Shown piece after piece: positions 13,515-27,587 of a stretch of 64,000 bases of DNA. Made by a program: the position numbers and the translations under genes. Below the pieces are notes generated by a model, which did no database searches, was not told where the DNA came from, and saw only the letters and a program-made list of their open reading frames with translations. The stretch comes from Gordius albopunctatus (taxonomy: Eukaryota): contig OZ193909.1 of the NCBI GenBank assembly GCA_964276515.1, positions 682,001-746,000 of the forward strand, given 5' to 3'. The stretch's first letter is position 1, and every line of letters begins with the position of its first letter.

Positions 13515-16500
13515 TTAAGTTTTTAATAGTATGTACAGGAGGAGAGCGACTACGTTGACGTTGACGCTATTACCGATCAGGCTATAACATTGCTTAGGTG
13601 TAAGTTGTGGCGGAAATTCTAAAATGCATTGATATCAACGTGGAATGTATGATAAATATTACTAAATTACAAATAAATATTATGCTATGTGACAATAACC
13701 GGTAGCGGGTTGCGGCTGTACGATATAATAAATTGAATATTGTGCCAGATTTGTTTATTAATGAAAAGATAAGGATAAAATGACATTAAAAGGAACTAAA
13801 CGACCAAGCAAAAAAGCTAAAATAAACGTAAATTATACAAATTTAAAATTAATTGTTTCTTTTATATCACACAAGGCTTTGTAATATAAAAAACTTTTAA
13901 TAACCGTAGACGACAGGACTGACACGACACCAATTAAACAAATTATAAAAAAGTCACAATAAAAAGAATCAACTGAGGTCCAAGAAAGGAAAAATGGTTG
14001 GTATTTGGTCAAAAGTTGTGGGCACAAAAATCTAAATGGGTTTTGGCCTCTGACCGGAGTCAGACAAATTAAATCTAATCATCGGACATTAGTATATTTA
14101 CGGCAGAATCGTAGTTTGGCCACGGGCCGGGCTCAGAGAAATTAAATATGGGGCGAACTTCAAAAAGTAAGATTTAAGAAAATAAGCAGCAAAAGATTAA
14201 AAAGAATTTTTCCATCGGGCCAGGGTCAGACAGATTATAAGTAAGCAGCGATCATCATTAATTTGTAGGCAATTATTTAGTCAGTTTCGCAATAATCCGT
14301 TATAAAGCAACAAGGTAGACAAGTTGCCAAATAAATTTATAAAAGTAATGAGTCGACGGGCAAAAATAAAAATGGAATTTGGGTTTATAGACAGCCAGCG
14401 GTCATTAGGTAGTCTAACAAAATGAAGGCCTTTCACAGAAGCGCGAGTCCACACATCCATTAAAAACCCGTATTATTGAAAAATTACAAGTTGGACAGCA
14501 CAGGACGGAATTGGACAAATAACAATGCAAAGGTGCGAAAGAAGTTACAATTTTCCATTTTAAAATATAACAATAACCAAACTTGGCTTCAGCAATAAAG
14601 CCGTAGATAACAATTTAATGCGATAAAACAGGCGAATTAATAAAGAAAAAAGTAAGGCACATTACCCCTTTTGCACAAATAAGGGAGGAAATAAAAGGAA
14701 GGTTGTTTAAAACTTAATTAACTTACGAGTATTGCTTGGGAAACCCATGAGATCAGCTATTTCTGGCGGTGAAAAGTATCTTACATAAAAATCTTTTCCA
14801 TATTCTAGCCTCCTTTTGTCTCCTTCCGTATGATTTAAACTAGCTAGAAGATACGAGAGCTTGTCTTTAACATCATTCATCTTTTGGTCGATTTCAATCA
14901 CTTTTTTGACATCCTGCTCAAAAAAATGCTAAGAGTTCAAATAATAAAATATAACTATAAAAAAAATACTTTTTGTATAAGTCATTTTTACCCTCAAAAA
15001 TTATGCATTGAGCATTTAATTAGGATATATTTTTAAAAAAATCGAAAAGTACTTTAATCTTTTCCACCCTTATATATATAGCGTCGAAAAATTTACTCAT
15101 TAATTATAAATACTGCATGGGAAAAAATAAAATTCATGAGGCTAAAAAGTTATTTAAAATGAAGAATTATAATAAATTGATTTAATAAATTTGTTTTATC
15201 TCTAATATTGATTCTTAAAAAGATTCATAGCGAATTTTGGCGAGTTGGTCAATCTCATTTGAGATTGCGTACCAAAAGTAGTGTTGTAAAAACAGCTGGG
15301 TTTTGTTTTGTCGATCCATGGTCTGTTTTTCAAATTTTTACTAAGGCTAGGGGTCATCAACAAGGAAAAACAGAGACCAAAAACCTTAAGCGGTTTGATC
15401 AAAGGTGAACCAAACTAAATCCAGCTGATTTTACAACACTAACCAATAGTATGGGGAGCTTAAGTAGGAATTAAAGTACCGAATTCACGATCTCTAGCAG
15501 GAAAGAGCCGGCTCCCTCATACTTTCTCCCATACCTAATACAGAAATATAGAGTCAAGGTTAGGTAAAACACAAAAGAGTTACGCATATAGCATTTTGTT
15601 TTTAATTTTTTGGCTAAATATTCAAAAACTAAGTTAAGATAAAATTCCCACCTCGTTTAAATGTAGCTTCTCCATACGTGATTAAACAGCCAAAATATTC
15701 CAATTAGGTCATATTGGTCTACATACGAATCATTCTCTTAAATTAATACTACAATTTCAAAATAGCTTAAAATAGGGATAGAAATTGGTAAAAAAAAATC
15801 AATTAATTTTGGTTTATGCTTCATCTCAACCTTCTAAGCCAAGCTAGCCCCAATCCTTTTAGTTCGAGAGGCTCTTGCATCCTAGTTTTTAATTTTACAA
15901 GGTTTCTTCGCAATTAACTAAACACTTTTTACCCGAGGAATTGTTTATAAAGACCCTGTTGGTCAGGTTGCCTCCCCCAAATTGCCAATTATAATTAGTT
16001 ATGATATTTTTAATTAAACAGGGATAATTTTTTAGGGTGAATAAGGGTTGGGGCCTAAGGTGCCCTGGGGTTTTAACTAATGATATTATTCGGCGCGTCA
16101 TTTAAGACCTGAGCTATAAAAAGGAGAATCATGAATAGTAAGCGTCTTACTAGAGTAAGATCCCTTTATTTACAGCGTTTTCCTTTACTTTTGCACGCGT
16201 CTTCTCCTTCTTGGAGAGAACAAGGCTGGTTGATCCTCCGATGAAATTAAATACTAAGCACCACCACATGTGTCCTATCTGTAGCCACATTTGTGAAGCT
16301 TAGCTTTTTTATGTACTTTACTGCATATTAACAACTACCCAACATCCCCTAAGCATATATCTCCAACTATGCCAAAGGAATATACTACACTAGTGGTCGG
16401 GTTGCCCACATTTAGTATTTTCAATCAGATGGTAAGGAGACTATCAACATGGGTGTGGCCATTTTATGCAGAACTTAATATTACTTTAGCACACCTCTCG

Positions 16501-18851
16501 GAGCACCCGCTAGATCACTAATTTTAACCCTTAGTTAAATATTCATGGAAATTATTTTTGAGATATCCCGAATATTAAATTACGATTTCGTGAAACAACA
16601 TGAATGATCGGACTCCGACTCAACCACATCTAGGAGATGCACATATTTCAAGAGCTTTTCCCGAGGAACAATGTAGCGTTCGGGTTGTGTCTGAGGCTTC
16701 AAGTAGCCCGATAATTTTCGAGGACGTTTATAACATTTTATACTCTTCGTACACGACCCATAAATCAGCTGTTCGGAGGGTTTAGCGTCGAAAAGTTCCA
16801 AAAACTGTAGCTTTACTTTATTTGACACTTCCAGTGGTATGTAGTCGAGGGGCTAAAAATACACGAAATAATAAATCTGTTTCTAACGTGCGGATGTTAA
16901 AAATATTCGTAAAAATCATATAATTATTACACTCAAGGGTTTATCCCATATAAATTGTTGAGCACAATATTGTTAAATTTTCAATTAAAATATTTAAAAA
17001 TAAGATTTTATGAAGAATAAAGGTACCTCTTGGGAAAGTGGAAATGCGAATTTGTCTCCCAGTTTTGCTATGAGATAATACCTTAGTCTTGAATTGGGGA
17101 TGCCAAATTGAAAAGGAGTCAGCAAAAAATCCTTCAGTAATTAAAATCATAATTTAAGTTAAAGTTTAAAAAAGTTACAATTAGTTAGTAATGAGAGGAA
17201 AATATATTAAAATTACTTAAATTGTAAATAGCTAAATATTATTTTAAAACATTCATACAATATTTTAATACAATTTTTCAATTTTTAATAATTAAAAAAA
17301 ATTGAAATACTTTTTCACCTGATAGCAATAGTCACATTCCCGTAAGGTTGTTATCAAATTTTTATGAGCTTTAGAATCTTCAAAACCCTTTACATTTTCG
17401 AGAAATATGTATTTTGGCAAAACCTTTGACCTTAAAATGGCATATAAGATAATTATAAAAAGAAATGCAACTTTAAAAAAAGAATTGTTAAAAAACTCTT
17501 GATTTCTTGAACAAACTTCTAGTTCAAACAATTTATATTTAACAAACATGTTTATCTTGATAGTTAAATGGTAAAGTATAATAAAATATTTTAATTCCAT
17601 AAACCACAAATTTTTATATAAAATGTACGACCATTTATAATTAAATATAATGGCTTTGAATCATATTTCAAGGGCAATCATTTTAATTTGAAAAAATATT
17701 GGTTGATTAATTTTTGGATAGATTTAATAAAATTAATATTCAAGGTTAATAATTAATATTGAATGTTTATTAAATAATTGGGTTATAATTTAATCACTAT
17801 CATATAAAAATTTTGAGCATTAAGACAATCCCCCTTCAGATTATAATGCCTAAATATTATCTACCAAATCATATTAAAAATCTCTGTATAAATAGATGAT
17901 TTGTAAGCACTGGTTATTTTGACAACATCAAAAATTTATAAATTTGAAATTTGATGTTTTTCAAGAATCATATAAGTTAGAGCCGCTTAATAATTTTCTG
18001 ATTTTAACAATTAAAAGTAAAATAAATTTATAAGAAACTTCACAATTTTTAGTGAAAATTCACTTTCTTGCTGAATTTTTACAAAGATTTATATTATTTC
18101 ACAAAAAAAATTATGTTAAGCTAATTTTAATAATAACCATCTGCATCTAACCCCAATCAATTTTATAAATTAAATTTAATGTTAAATTCTAGATACTTGT
18201 CTGAACCAATATTTTTAAAAAAATATAATTCTTCCATAAATTTTTTTATAAACAAAACTTGTTAAATAAAGAGGATTGTGTGAAATGATATCATAATACA
18301 TACTTAGACAGTAGACTTAGGATGTAATTGAATGAATAGCATCTTGAATCTTGTGTGTCTTGTTTATTACCAATTCTTATGTAAATTAAAAGAAAAACAT
18401 GATGAACACTTTGTATGTTTCTTATACAAAAACTTAGGGGAAAATGATACAGATTTCACATGATTTTATAATTAAATAAGATCAATTACTTAAATATTAA
18501 ACCTATAAAAATGAAATTCACTTATTACCTAGTAAATGGTTGGCATGGTGGACTCATGGTTAGAATATTTATGCTCATTTTGTCAAATTTTTCTATCTTT
18601 ATAACCTGGAAAACAATAATAAAATTTGAATATTAATTACTTCAATGCTGCTGTTAACTACTAAATCGAGTGGGTTATTTAAGTGATACATGTCATTCGC
18701 ATTTTCATTGATATCTATTGCTGTAATTTCTAAGTTATTTATATTTATTTCTAAATTTACATATCAATCGTGACTTTTTTATTTTACTTTTTAATGCTTC
18801 ATTAATTCCTCCTATTCCAGCATATAATTCTAAAATTTTAAAACAACACAT
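13515..18851 (-). CDS. TRDMT1: tRNA (cytosine-38-C5) methyltransferase DNMT2
   Basis: Ten exons from ATG 18851 (LELYAGIGG, motif I), then AIDINENAN, MSPPCQPFTR (catalytic Cys), FLENVKGF, GIPNSRLRYY, CCFTKSYG (DNMT2 CFT motif), RYFSPPEIA.LMGFP and last exon LIGNSVNVNVV...KT* at 13515. Confidence 0.93.
15279..15441. mobile_element. hAT-type MITE (TIR tagtgttgtaaaa); relatives near 8600-8797, 46093-46904 and 48768
   Basis: Perfect 13-bp TIR; 8-bp TSD accaaaag/accaatag. Confidence 0.75.
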
Positions 18852-19113
18852 CAAAATTTAAAAATAAAAAATATAAGATCTTAAATGGCCGTCATTATGA
18901 TACAGGTCGCAATTGTTACAGCCAGTCTATGGTTAAAATGTAGAATATCACCAAATCATTTATTTTACACTATATTCAGAACCGCAGTTTATTTAATAAT
19001 AATTAATTAAATAACATATAAACACATTAATTGGAATTCGTATACAAAAAATACAATTAATAAAATCGTAAAACATTGATTTGCCCTTCAACTTCCTGTA
19101 GAAATGTTTGTAT

Positions 19114-22100
19114 TTATTTTTTCCCTTTGCTCTTGCTCACAGAACTATCTTTTTTGGATGCCTTCTAAAATAATCGTGTATATAATAGAGTTCTTGTATT
19201 AGAATATATTAATTTTTATAGGGTAAAAACGTGGGGGGGGGGGAAGTTTAAAATCAGAGCATTAATGACTAGTTGTTATACATTAGGGTCATATATGAAT
19301 TGTTTAAAAAACTTAGACTTCTACACCTGGGTGTAGCCAGGTTTTGGTTTGGGGGGAGGGGGCAACACGTTTAAAAGTTAAACAGGGAGGGGCAAATCAT
19401 AGAATTTTCTAATTTTTAAGGAGTTTTGCATTAAAAATATTTTTTCCGTCATTCAGGGGAGGGGCGCGTCTGCCCACCCTGCCCCTTCCCCTGGCTACGC
19501 CCATGCTTCTACTATAGTTTTATAGCTAACACAAACACATTTATTCTAAATTTTTATTCTAAATCAAAAGTAACAAGTTGTTACCTTGACATCTTTAGAA
19601 GCTTTTTTCCCTTTTTCTTTTTTGGGAGTCGCTGATGACTCTTTTTTGGTGAGAGCTTTTACCTTGACATCATCACTCGATGTTGCAGATATGGGTATTC
19701 TGTCTGGTGTGCGAGCTTTTGCTTCTACTAATGCTGCCGCTGCTGCTTCCTTTCCAACCATCGAGGTTCGGCGCCCGCAACGCCCTACCATCGACCTACG
19801 GGTGGTGGCGTTGAGTGATTCCACTTCGATTTTTAATTTGTTTGTTGATTCCTTCAGAGCCTGCAACCAACTGGCCAAGGAGTCTGTGGATTTCGTCTAT
19901 AAAATAACAAATATTTGCCTCGAGTGTTTTTGCTTTGCTATAACTGCTCTCATTTATCAACTTCTTATTTAAAACACATTTAAAAAATACTATATAATTG
20001 CCACTATTAATCTGTATATATAGGACGATATTATTTCCTAAACGAGCCTCTTAAAAATTACTTCTTGCAACTAATTGCAAATTTGTTCAAAAATACGGCC
20101 CTGGGCTTTAAACTTATGAATTCAACCGATATAGTTATATTGCTTTGCTCACTTAATTTTTATGAGTTGATGGAGTTAGTTTAATTAATTTTAAGACGGT
20201 TTGATTAGTAGATATTTCATTTTCAGAGGTGAATTAATTATTGAAACGAACCCCAGATGTAAGGAAGGTTGTGGATTTGGCGAAGCTTAGAGGAGCCTGT
20301 GGAGCTGCTTGAATTTGGGGTTGCATATTTCCCCTTTTTATTTCAAAGTCTCTCCAGTTTTCCAACAAAGGAACTGATAAAATAGTTAAATTAAATATGA
20401 TCTATGTTAAAAATTGACAGTAATATGATGAAGGTTTGAATGCCTTGATTATTGCAAAACTAATTAACTTTGTTAGTGTTTTATTAATATGCGCTTGAAT
20501 TAAAATTTAAATGTACAATCTTTTGTAAAGGCTATTTTTGGCCAATATCTATGTATAAATTTTGCAAATAGCACATAGGCGTAGTGGGGGGGGGAGCAAT
20601 TATAAAAAAGAATTTTTTTTAATTAATAAATAAATCAATAAATTAAGAGTTTTTATAATTCTATATAAATGACTAAGACACTTAAAAATACTTTATAATT
20701 TAATTTCAATTTTTTGAGTTTGAATTAAATTTATTTACCCTTTTATCCGAATTAACTTGCCAAATAAATCTTAATTGAGCATCTTATCCACAATATTAAC
20801 TGCCCCTCCCACACCTAGCAAGTAGCAATTTTATAAAATATAGAAGTTCTCTTCGCCAGTCTGAATATACTTAATTTTCCTCTCATATCTTAATTAATTT
20901 TTCAGTTATACATCCTTAATATGCAACATTTTTAGGGAAAGAATTCATTAAACAGGTGATTCGACTGGCGGATAACATTACAGCACAGATAAGATTTGTA
21001 CGAAATAATGTTGACGAAGAAGCTATAGCTAATTTATATGATTTAGTTGCTAAAACCAAACCTCGATTTGCCTAGTGGCAAAATTTTCTACTAATGTTCA
21101 AACTAAATCCATTTTATTTAAATTAACAATCTATAAATTGATGGTATCCTTTGTTATACGAGTCAGTGAACGGTTTTTGGATACAAACAAAGTTCTAAAT
21201 AACTTAAATTCTCGCTTTCGCAAGATGCGTCAATTATTATGTTAGAAACGCATGAAAGGTTTTTGACTGAATTTTACTGAAATGATTTAAATGGCATAAA
21301 TATTAACTAAAATAAGATGATTTATAGTATGTGGCTTTCTCTTAAACGTAAGAGACCTATCGTCCCAAGAATGCTCTCGACATTAAAAACCACTGCTAAA
21401 TATAACCACACCTTTTTGTCTTCCCACAACTAGGTGCACCAATAAACGAAATTTTTCTTAGTCAGGGGATTGAAAACTTATTAAATTATAATATGTGCGT
21501 CGATAAAATGGAAGACATTATTAACAATTCATACTTCGAATGTTCCCACTTCAGGTGAAATTCAAGATAGAAAATCGCTGAGCAAACGAAAAATAAACCT
21601 TATCTCATCTCATAATGACTATTTTTTCAAGCGTTTCATATTTTATATACACAAAATTCATATCTTGTTAGACGTCATATTTCTTAAAATTCAATCCGAC
21701 CTGATTCAATTTTATTAATAAATTGCTCGCCCGGCCTTAAACCCTTCTGAGAGTCCGCCCGACCATGTTCGAGTTATTAAGGTTGATTGGCCCCGATTAC
21801 TAATTTTATAAATAGTAGCAGTAATTTCGTTAGAATTTAAGAAAATTATAGATTTCAATCTTATTTTTTAGATAAGAAACGCGATTAAGAAATATTAGGA
21901 ATCAACTAAAAAGGGGAAATAACCGAAATAACGCACAAAAGCAATATAATACACTATATAAAAATATTGGGTGCGAATTGTTCTAGCCCGCCAAAAAATC
22001 TAATTTTACGATAATGGACCAATGCGCCACGTAGGCCAATGGGGGCAGATTCTAGTATCACTTCTTTATTATATATTGATAAAAATTATTTTTAAAAAAT

Positions 22101-23510
22101 TGAAAAACTCCACCCCCTCCTTAAGAAAATCCTAGCTACGTGCCTGTATTAAATTACCATGAGATATTTAAACGATTGCTTAAATTAATTGTCATGGGAA
22201 AATTCGGGCAATCAGAGGTTTTGAGCTTCATTCGAATAATTTGTAATGTTTAAAATAAAATAAATAAAAATTAAACAATAAAATTAATTTTAAAAACTTT
22301 TTATAGGTTGTGACCATGTTTCAAATTTTTGCATAATTGGGAGACGTTTTATATAAAGTTTGTCCCATATTTAGAGCTAGCTTTCTACTTGTTTAGAAAT
22401 TATTCTATTATTTTCGAGGTATTTTAGTAAAATATTTAATTAATAAGGAATTTTGCACATACACACCAGAAGGAGACGGAGAGGCGGCTACCCCCTCTAA
22501 ATCCAAAAGTTTGTTGAAACTTATTAAAATTATGGCTAAAATTTCAAAGAATTATCATTTAACCTCCCTAAATCATTATTGCCCCCGCCCATCTAATTCC
22601 AATGTTACCTACTCCCATGCACATACACTAGCTAGATTATGTAAGATTTATAAAAAAAACTTACCATAACCCTGCTGAGTTTGGTTAATGGAAAATGGAT
22701 CTTTCCTTACAATGCCGTAATATAGTCGCGGTTTGGGAACATCAAAGAATAAATTCTCCAACGAATTATTTTCCAGACAGGAATGATACCTATGTAAAAA
22801 ATGTTCAAAATCACAAATTTATAATTTTTTCCCATTAAAAATCCGCATTTTAACGCACTACAATTGGAAAAAAAGATTGATTTTAAAATCTAACTAAAAA
22901 TAGCATTTGCTTACATGAAACAAATAGGTGGATTCATTTTTACTCAGGGTATTTTTACTTAACCATCTATAGAGTCACAAAATTGAAACTGTGTATATAT
23001 AATATTCAAACTATTATCTCATATTACGTGGACTCGATTGAAAAGTGTAATGCATCTCAGAGAGCCAAGTAGTCTAAAAACAGCTGACGACTGTCTAAAA
23101 CATACCAATTGGCGTTGAAGATAAATTCCCACGTTTCTGGAAATGGTTTTAGCTCTCGCGCAGCCATGTATAACTCGCGGGCACTAAAGAGGGGAAATCT
23201 TACGCAAGCCATAACTGCTTTGAGATATGGTTTTCGATTCCAAGAATCAGCTGATAGCCACGTCCACGCAGCAACAAACGCCTCAACTTCGCTCGTTACC
23301 GATAACCCGTCATCTGATAACAGTTGACACACTCGTTCGGCATCCAAAGTGACGTAGGCGGTTGGCGTCAAGTTTCTAAATTCGGCCCGATTAAACGGTT
23401 GACGACCTGCCGTACTAGGCAGGCTAACCAAACCTTGCATCCCCAACACTCCGCCTAATGTTTCGTAAGTGCTTAAAAAGTATAAATCTAGTAGGCCTCT
23501 TTCATATTCC
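19114..23510 (-). CDS. BACK-domain protein with Lys/Ser-rich C-terminal tail (5' end uncertain)
   Basis: Exon 23510-23105 (LLSDDGLSVTSEVEAFVAAWTWL...VMACVRFPLFS = BACK domain) splices in frame to about 22790-22664 (..VPKPR..), 20374-20251, 19896-19585 and 19164-19114 (KASKKDSSVSKSKGKK*). Possible first exon MYGTG near 24215-24201. Confidence 0.7.
19326..19505. mobile_element. Representative of an abundant G/C-tract MITE family (TIR catgggcgtagcca, hAT-like)
   Basis: TIRs cctgggtgtagccagg / cctggctacgcccatg with 8-bp TSD cttctaca/cttctact. Other full or partial copies near 1050, 1380, 4328, 8197, 20575, 22465, 26355, 37934, 40020, 41359, 41920, 42110, 47247, 48468, 51829, 57778, 61565 and 63795. 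Confidence 0.8.
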
Positions 23511-24779
23511 TGGAAATGAATAATGTTTTTTTAACGGTTATTGTTTTGCCCCATCCTTGCTCTATTTGACAACATGTGATGCAACCATTAATGGGAGAAC
23601 TCAGTTATTTTATAGGATATTGGAAACCATTGCAATATATCAGACATTTGTGAGAAACTTTGTGTTATTTATCATTACTACAACCCCAAAACAAAGATAG
23701 TAAAAAGCGGTTATCATGTAACGTAAATTGTTAAGCGCTATATAAAAAGAATTTCGATCACCTGTTCCCGTTTTAATAGGTCCATCTGCCATGGGCGTTC
23801 CCAAATTTGTGTTGTAGATTGAAACCCTACGCCCTGGATAAGGGGCGTTCGTTCCCGGGCCAGGATTATAAGTTTGCTAAATATGATTCATAATACATTT
23901 TTAAACCAAAAAAGTCTCTTTCAAGTATGACAAGCCTGGAAGTTTTTATAAATACTCTATAAATAAAGAATAATGAGAAAAGAGCAACCGCATTAGTTTC
24001 AAAAGATTTACGAATGAAAAGGACATCAGTTGAATGTGATTAATAAAATAAAAAGGTTATTATTGCATGTTTAAATTGAATATTTGAAAGTTAATCAAGG
24101 GATAGCAGCGTGCTATTAAATCGTAAATATTTTTTATAGGCTATAAACAAAATAATCGCATTAATATAATAAATTTTGAATAAAATTTGGAGTAAACATA
24201 CCCCAGTTCCATACATATTTTATAATCAGAATTAAGATTTAGCCATTGCGTGATCTTTTAAAATTCTTATATATACTGATAATGATGGGAAAATGTTTAT
24301 ACAAAAATCATAATGCTAGTATACTTTTCAAAACGTTTCAAAATAGAACGCCTCACATTCTATTCTAGAAACATATATTCTATTATTAGTGTTTATGCTT
24401 AAGATTTTAATCAAAGCAATTTAAAGTAATTACTAAGTTGAATTTATGTAAAAATGACAATCAAAAGTGGACCTTTAATCTTTAAAAATAGATATAAAAG
24501 AACTCATCTTCCTAATCTTTTATATATTAAAATAGTTTAAGTCTTAAATGGTATGAAACTAGTTTACGTCAACTTGCAACAAATGTATGTGAACATATAT
24601 TGTATGAATTTGATTCTTTTTTTCTAACAATCAGATGCACGTTAACGTTTTATTAAGGTGTTATCACTGAACATTATGTACTATATTTTAATCTTATTAA
24701 AATTCTAAAGGTTCCTTCAATTACTCTGATAACTCAAAATTAAACATAATAACCTCGATTCTCATGGTTCAACATTAGA

Positions 24780-27587
24780 ATGAAAACACAATTTGCCATC
24801 ACAATTTGGCTATATTTAGTTTTTGGTCACATTATCTCACCTCCATGCACAGCAGAAATGATCGAATTATTGAAAGAAGTTCCTTTAAAAACCCCACCCG
24901 ATTCATTTGATCCAAATCACCCAACTATCAATTCAGATCCGAACAAAAATCGAGAAATAGAATGGCTTAATGCTGCTCCGGAACAACGTAACATCATTCG
25001 TAGTCAATTCCGAAACTATTATACCGGGTAATACCGGCTTTAGTTAACTTGAATTTCAAAAGCTTTTAGAGTGAAACCAGGAAAAAGAACAAATCCAACC
25101 TCTTTTAACTTCATCCCTACCCCTATAAATCCAAAAATTATTTTCCATTTTATAAGGCTAATAATCGTAAAACTCATCAATTTGCTTCTTTAAACCGAAA
25201 TTAATGCAAATTCTGGCCAGACACATAATATGCTTTCTTAAATATTCTAAACTATTTTAACGTTAAGCAGCCTAATGTTCAAACAATTCTTACTTATTTT
25301 CTATATTTAAATTTAAGCTAATTAAAGCGATTGAAATCAATATACCCAGCTCGTTTGTTAATTATAAAATAATCTAATACTTAGTATATTAACCTATTAG
25401 TTCAAGTTTTAACATTAAAGTATTATAAACAATATAAAATTTAAAATTAAAGAAAAGTTATATAAACACATTAATTTTAGGAGAAATTCTCTGACTCTCA
25501 AGTACATTATGTACCATAGAATTCCGCGCCCTGGGCAATTTAAAAGTAAGCCATTAACAAATTGCCATAACTGAACAAATCGTATTATAGCTAGGGATGA
25601 ATGCAATCCATACCTAGTGGGTATAGATTTCTGTGGGGAAAATGGAAATTGTTTTGATCTCAATCCCAATGGAACAGCAGGCGCCATGTTTGTTTGTGAA
25701 TGTCACACGGGTTGGAAAGGTCTGTTTTGTAATGAAGACATCGATGAATGTGAACTTGGGTTGTGTCAAAATGGAGCGGGTTGTAGCAATAAATCACCGG
25801 GATACTATTGTAAATGTCAACCTCACACTTATGGTTTCAATTGCGAAAAACGTAAGCTAGTAACTTTATTGTCAACTTTACGAACATAATAGGTTCGTGT
25901 TGCTTAATTTATGTTAAAAATTGTACTTTAATTTATGTCGTAATATAGGATATTCCCATAATCCGGAATTATTTACGTGCCACAGTGCTGACAATAGTAG
26001 TTTAATCGATTGGGTCCCCCAGAAAAATTTCAAAACCCTCCTATATTTTCCGCAGGGCTTACATGGTTTTAACAAAAAATTTAAAAGGTTCAAAGATGGA
26101 GATTTAGGACCAGGCTTAATCTTAAAAGATAACGAACAAAGCAATGAAAATTATGGACCTAAATATCCAGTTTACTTAAAGGATTCTCTCTTACCAAGTG
26201 AAGAGGAAGCTTCAATAAGTTACGTCAAGTAATGACTGCATAATATATCGATTGAGTCAAATTATTTTTTCCTGGCATACCTCATATTATAAGATAACGC
26301 TCCATTTTACCTTAGCTCTGGCTAATAAATCTGTTTAAATTGCACAAATAATTATGGGTGTAGCGAGTATAGGATTCAGAGGGGGGGGGCAATAATAATT
26401 TAAAGAGGGCAAAATGATAATTTAAAGTCATTTTGGCCTTAGTTATATTAAATTTTGAAGAATATTTGGATTTAGTAGGGACAGACGCCCATTCCTGCCT
26501 CCCCCTGGCTACGCCCATGCAAATAATATAAAAGCTTTACAGATTATTACCAAATCTAATTTTTAACATATAATTGATAGTTATATGAATGCTAAATATT
26601 GTTGAGCGTCTCTTATTAATCAGTAATTCATATATAATCTCAGATTAACCTTTTTTATTTTAAATATTGATTTTGAAGCATAAATCACCCCTATGGATTG
26701 ACTCTGATGTATGAGAGACTATTACGTTCTTATTCCGGTGTAAGTTTTCAATATGTAATTCAAATTGATTTTCTAAAGCCAACATTGGTAAGAGCTTTTG
26801 TTACCAAAGGAGGCATGGAAGGTAAAAATATACGTTGTTATAATCAATAAACTCACTTATTAAAAAACTTATTAGGACTAGACTGAATAAAGGCTTTAAG
26901 ATGCGCTATATTTTGCCTTTATCAATCTTTATATCTTATACAAAATAGATTTTGAGTTTGCTTTCCTTTTTTATTTTAAGTGTTTTCATTTAGCATTATT
27001 GTATGAGCCATAATTGACGTTAGAAAGTTTCATGTTTGTTAATGTAATTTTATAACATACCAAATAAATTAATACTTTTAGGAATGTGTCTGTTCTGCAA
27101 ACGTTTGGTAACAAGATATCGAATCACATTTCGCAGTGGATTAAGCCGATGGTTTAAAATTAAAGATGATATGAATCAGGAAATGGTAGTTAAATAGATA
27201 ATTAAGCTTTTCAGAATTCATGGAACAATTTTTCCTTAATAGAAATTAATATATCGAAAATATTTTATAGTGATATTTAAAATCATCCCATATTAAAGAC
27301 ACAAATCTTTTAATAAATTACATTGGATTTAGGAATTTGACGCTAAGAATATTGATGAGTGGGTCGAAAGTCATTCAGAGATTATTTCGTTGGACATAGA
27401 ATCCCCCAGATTACGATACCCCAAAAGTCCATTTACGGCAGAATCACTAAGAATCCATATATTAGATTGGATACCCAAAAAACAATTTTCAAATAAAAAT
27501 AACGACGAACAAAGAAACACTGCTTTGAATATCCCATCCTTTTATAATCCAGCCTTTCGTTTTGATGTTATCGGCTGTCACATTTGA
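24780..27587 (+). CDS. Secreted protein: signal peptide, 2 EGF-like domains (second Ca-binding), C-terminal F5/8 type C (discoidin) domain
   Basis: In-frame exons 24780-25027, 25481-25545, 25591-25851 (DECNP..C..C..CEC..C; EDIDECELGLCQNGAGC), 25949-26228, 26679-26821 (YVIQIDFLKPTLVRAFVTKG), 27082-27185 (VTRYRITF...W) and 27333-27587 (PFTAESLRIHILDW...AFRFDVIGC). Confidence 0.75.

Noticed and set aside
15830..16520. Possible solo LTR in a DNMT2 intron (TATA-like motif, higher GC)
   Set aside because: No TG...CA boundaries with TSD could be identified.
19586..19972. 128-aa plus-strand ORF
   Set aside because: Antisense shadow of a BACK-gene exon that has proper splice sites on the minus strand.
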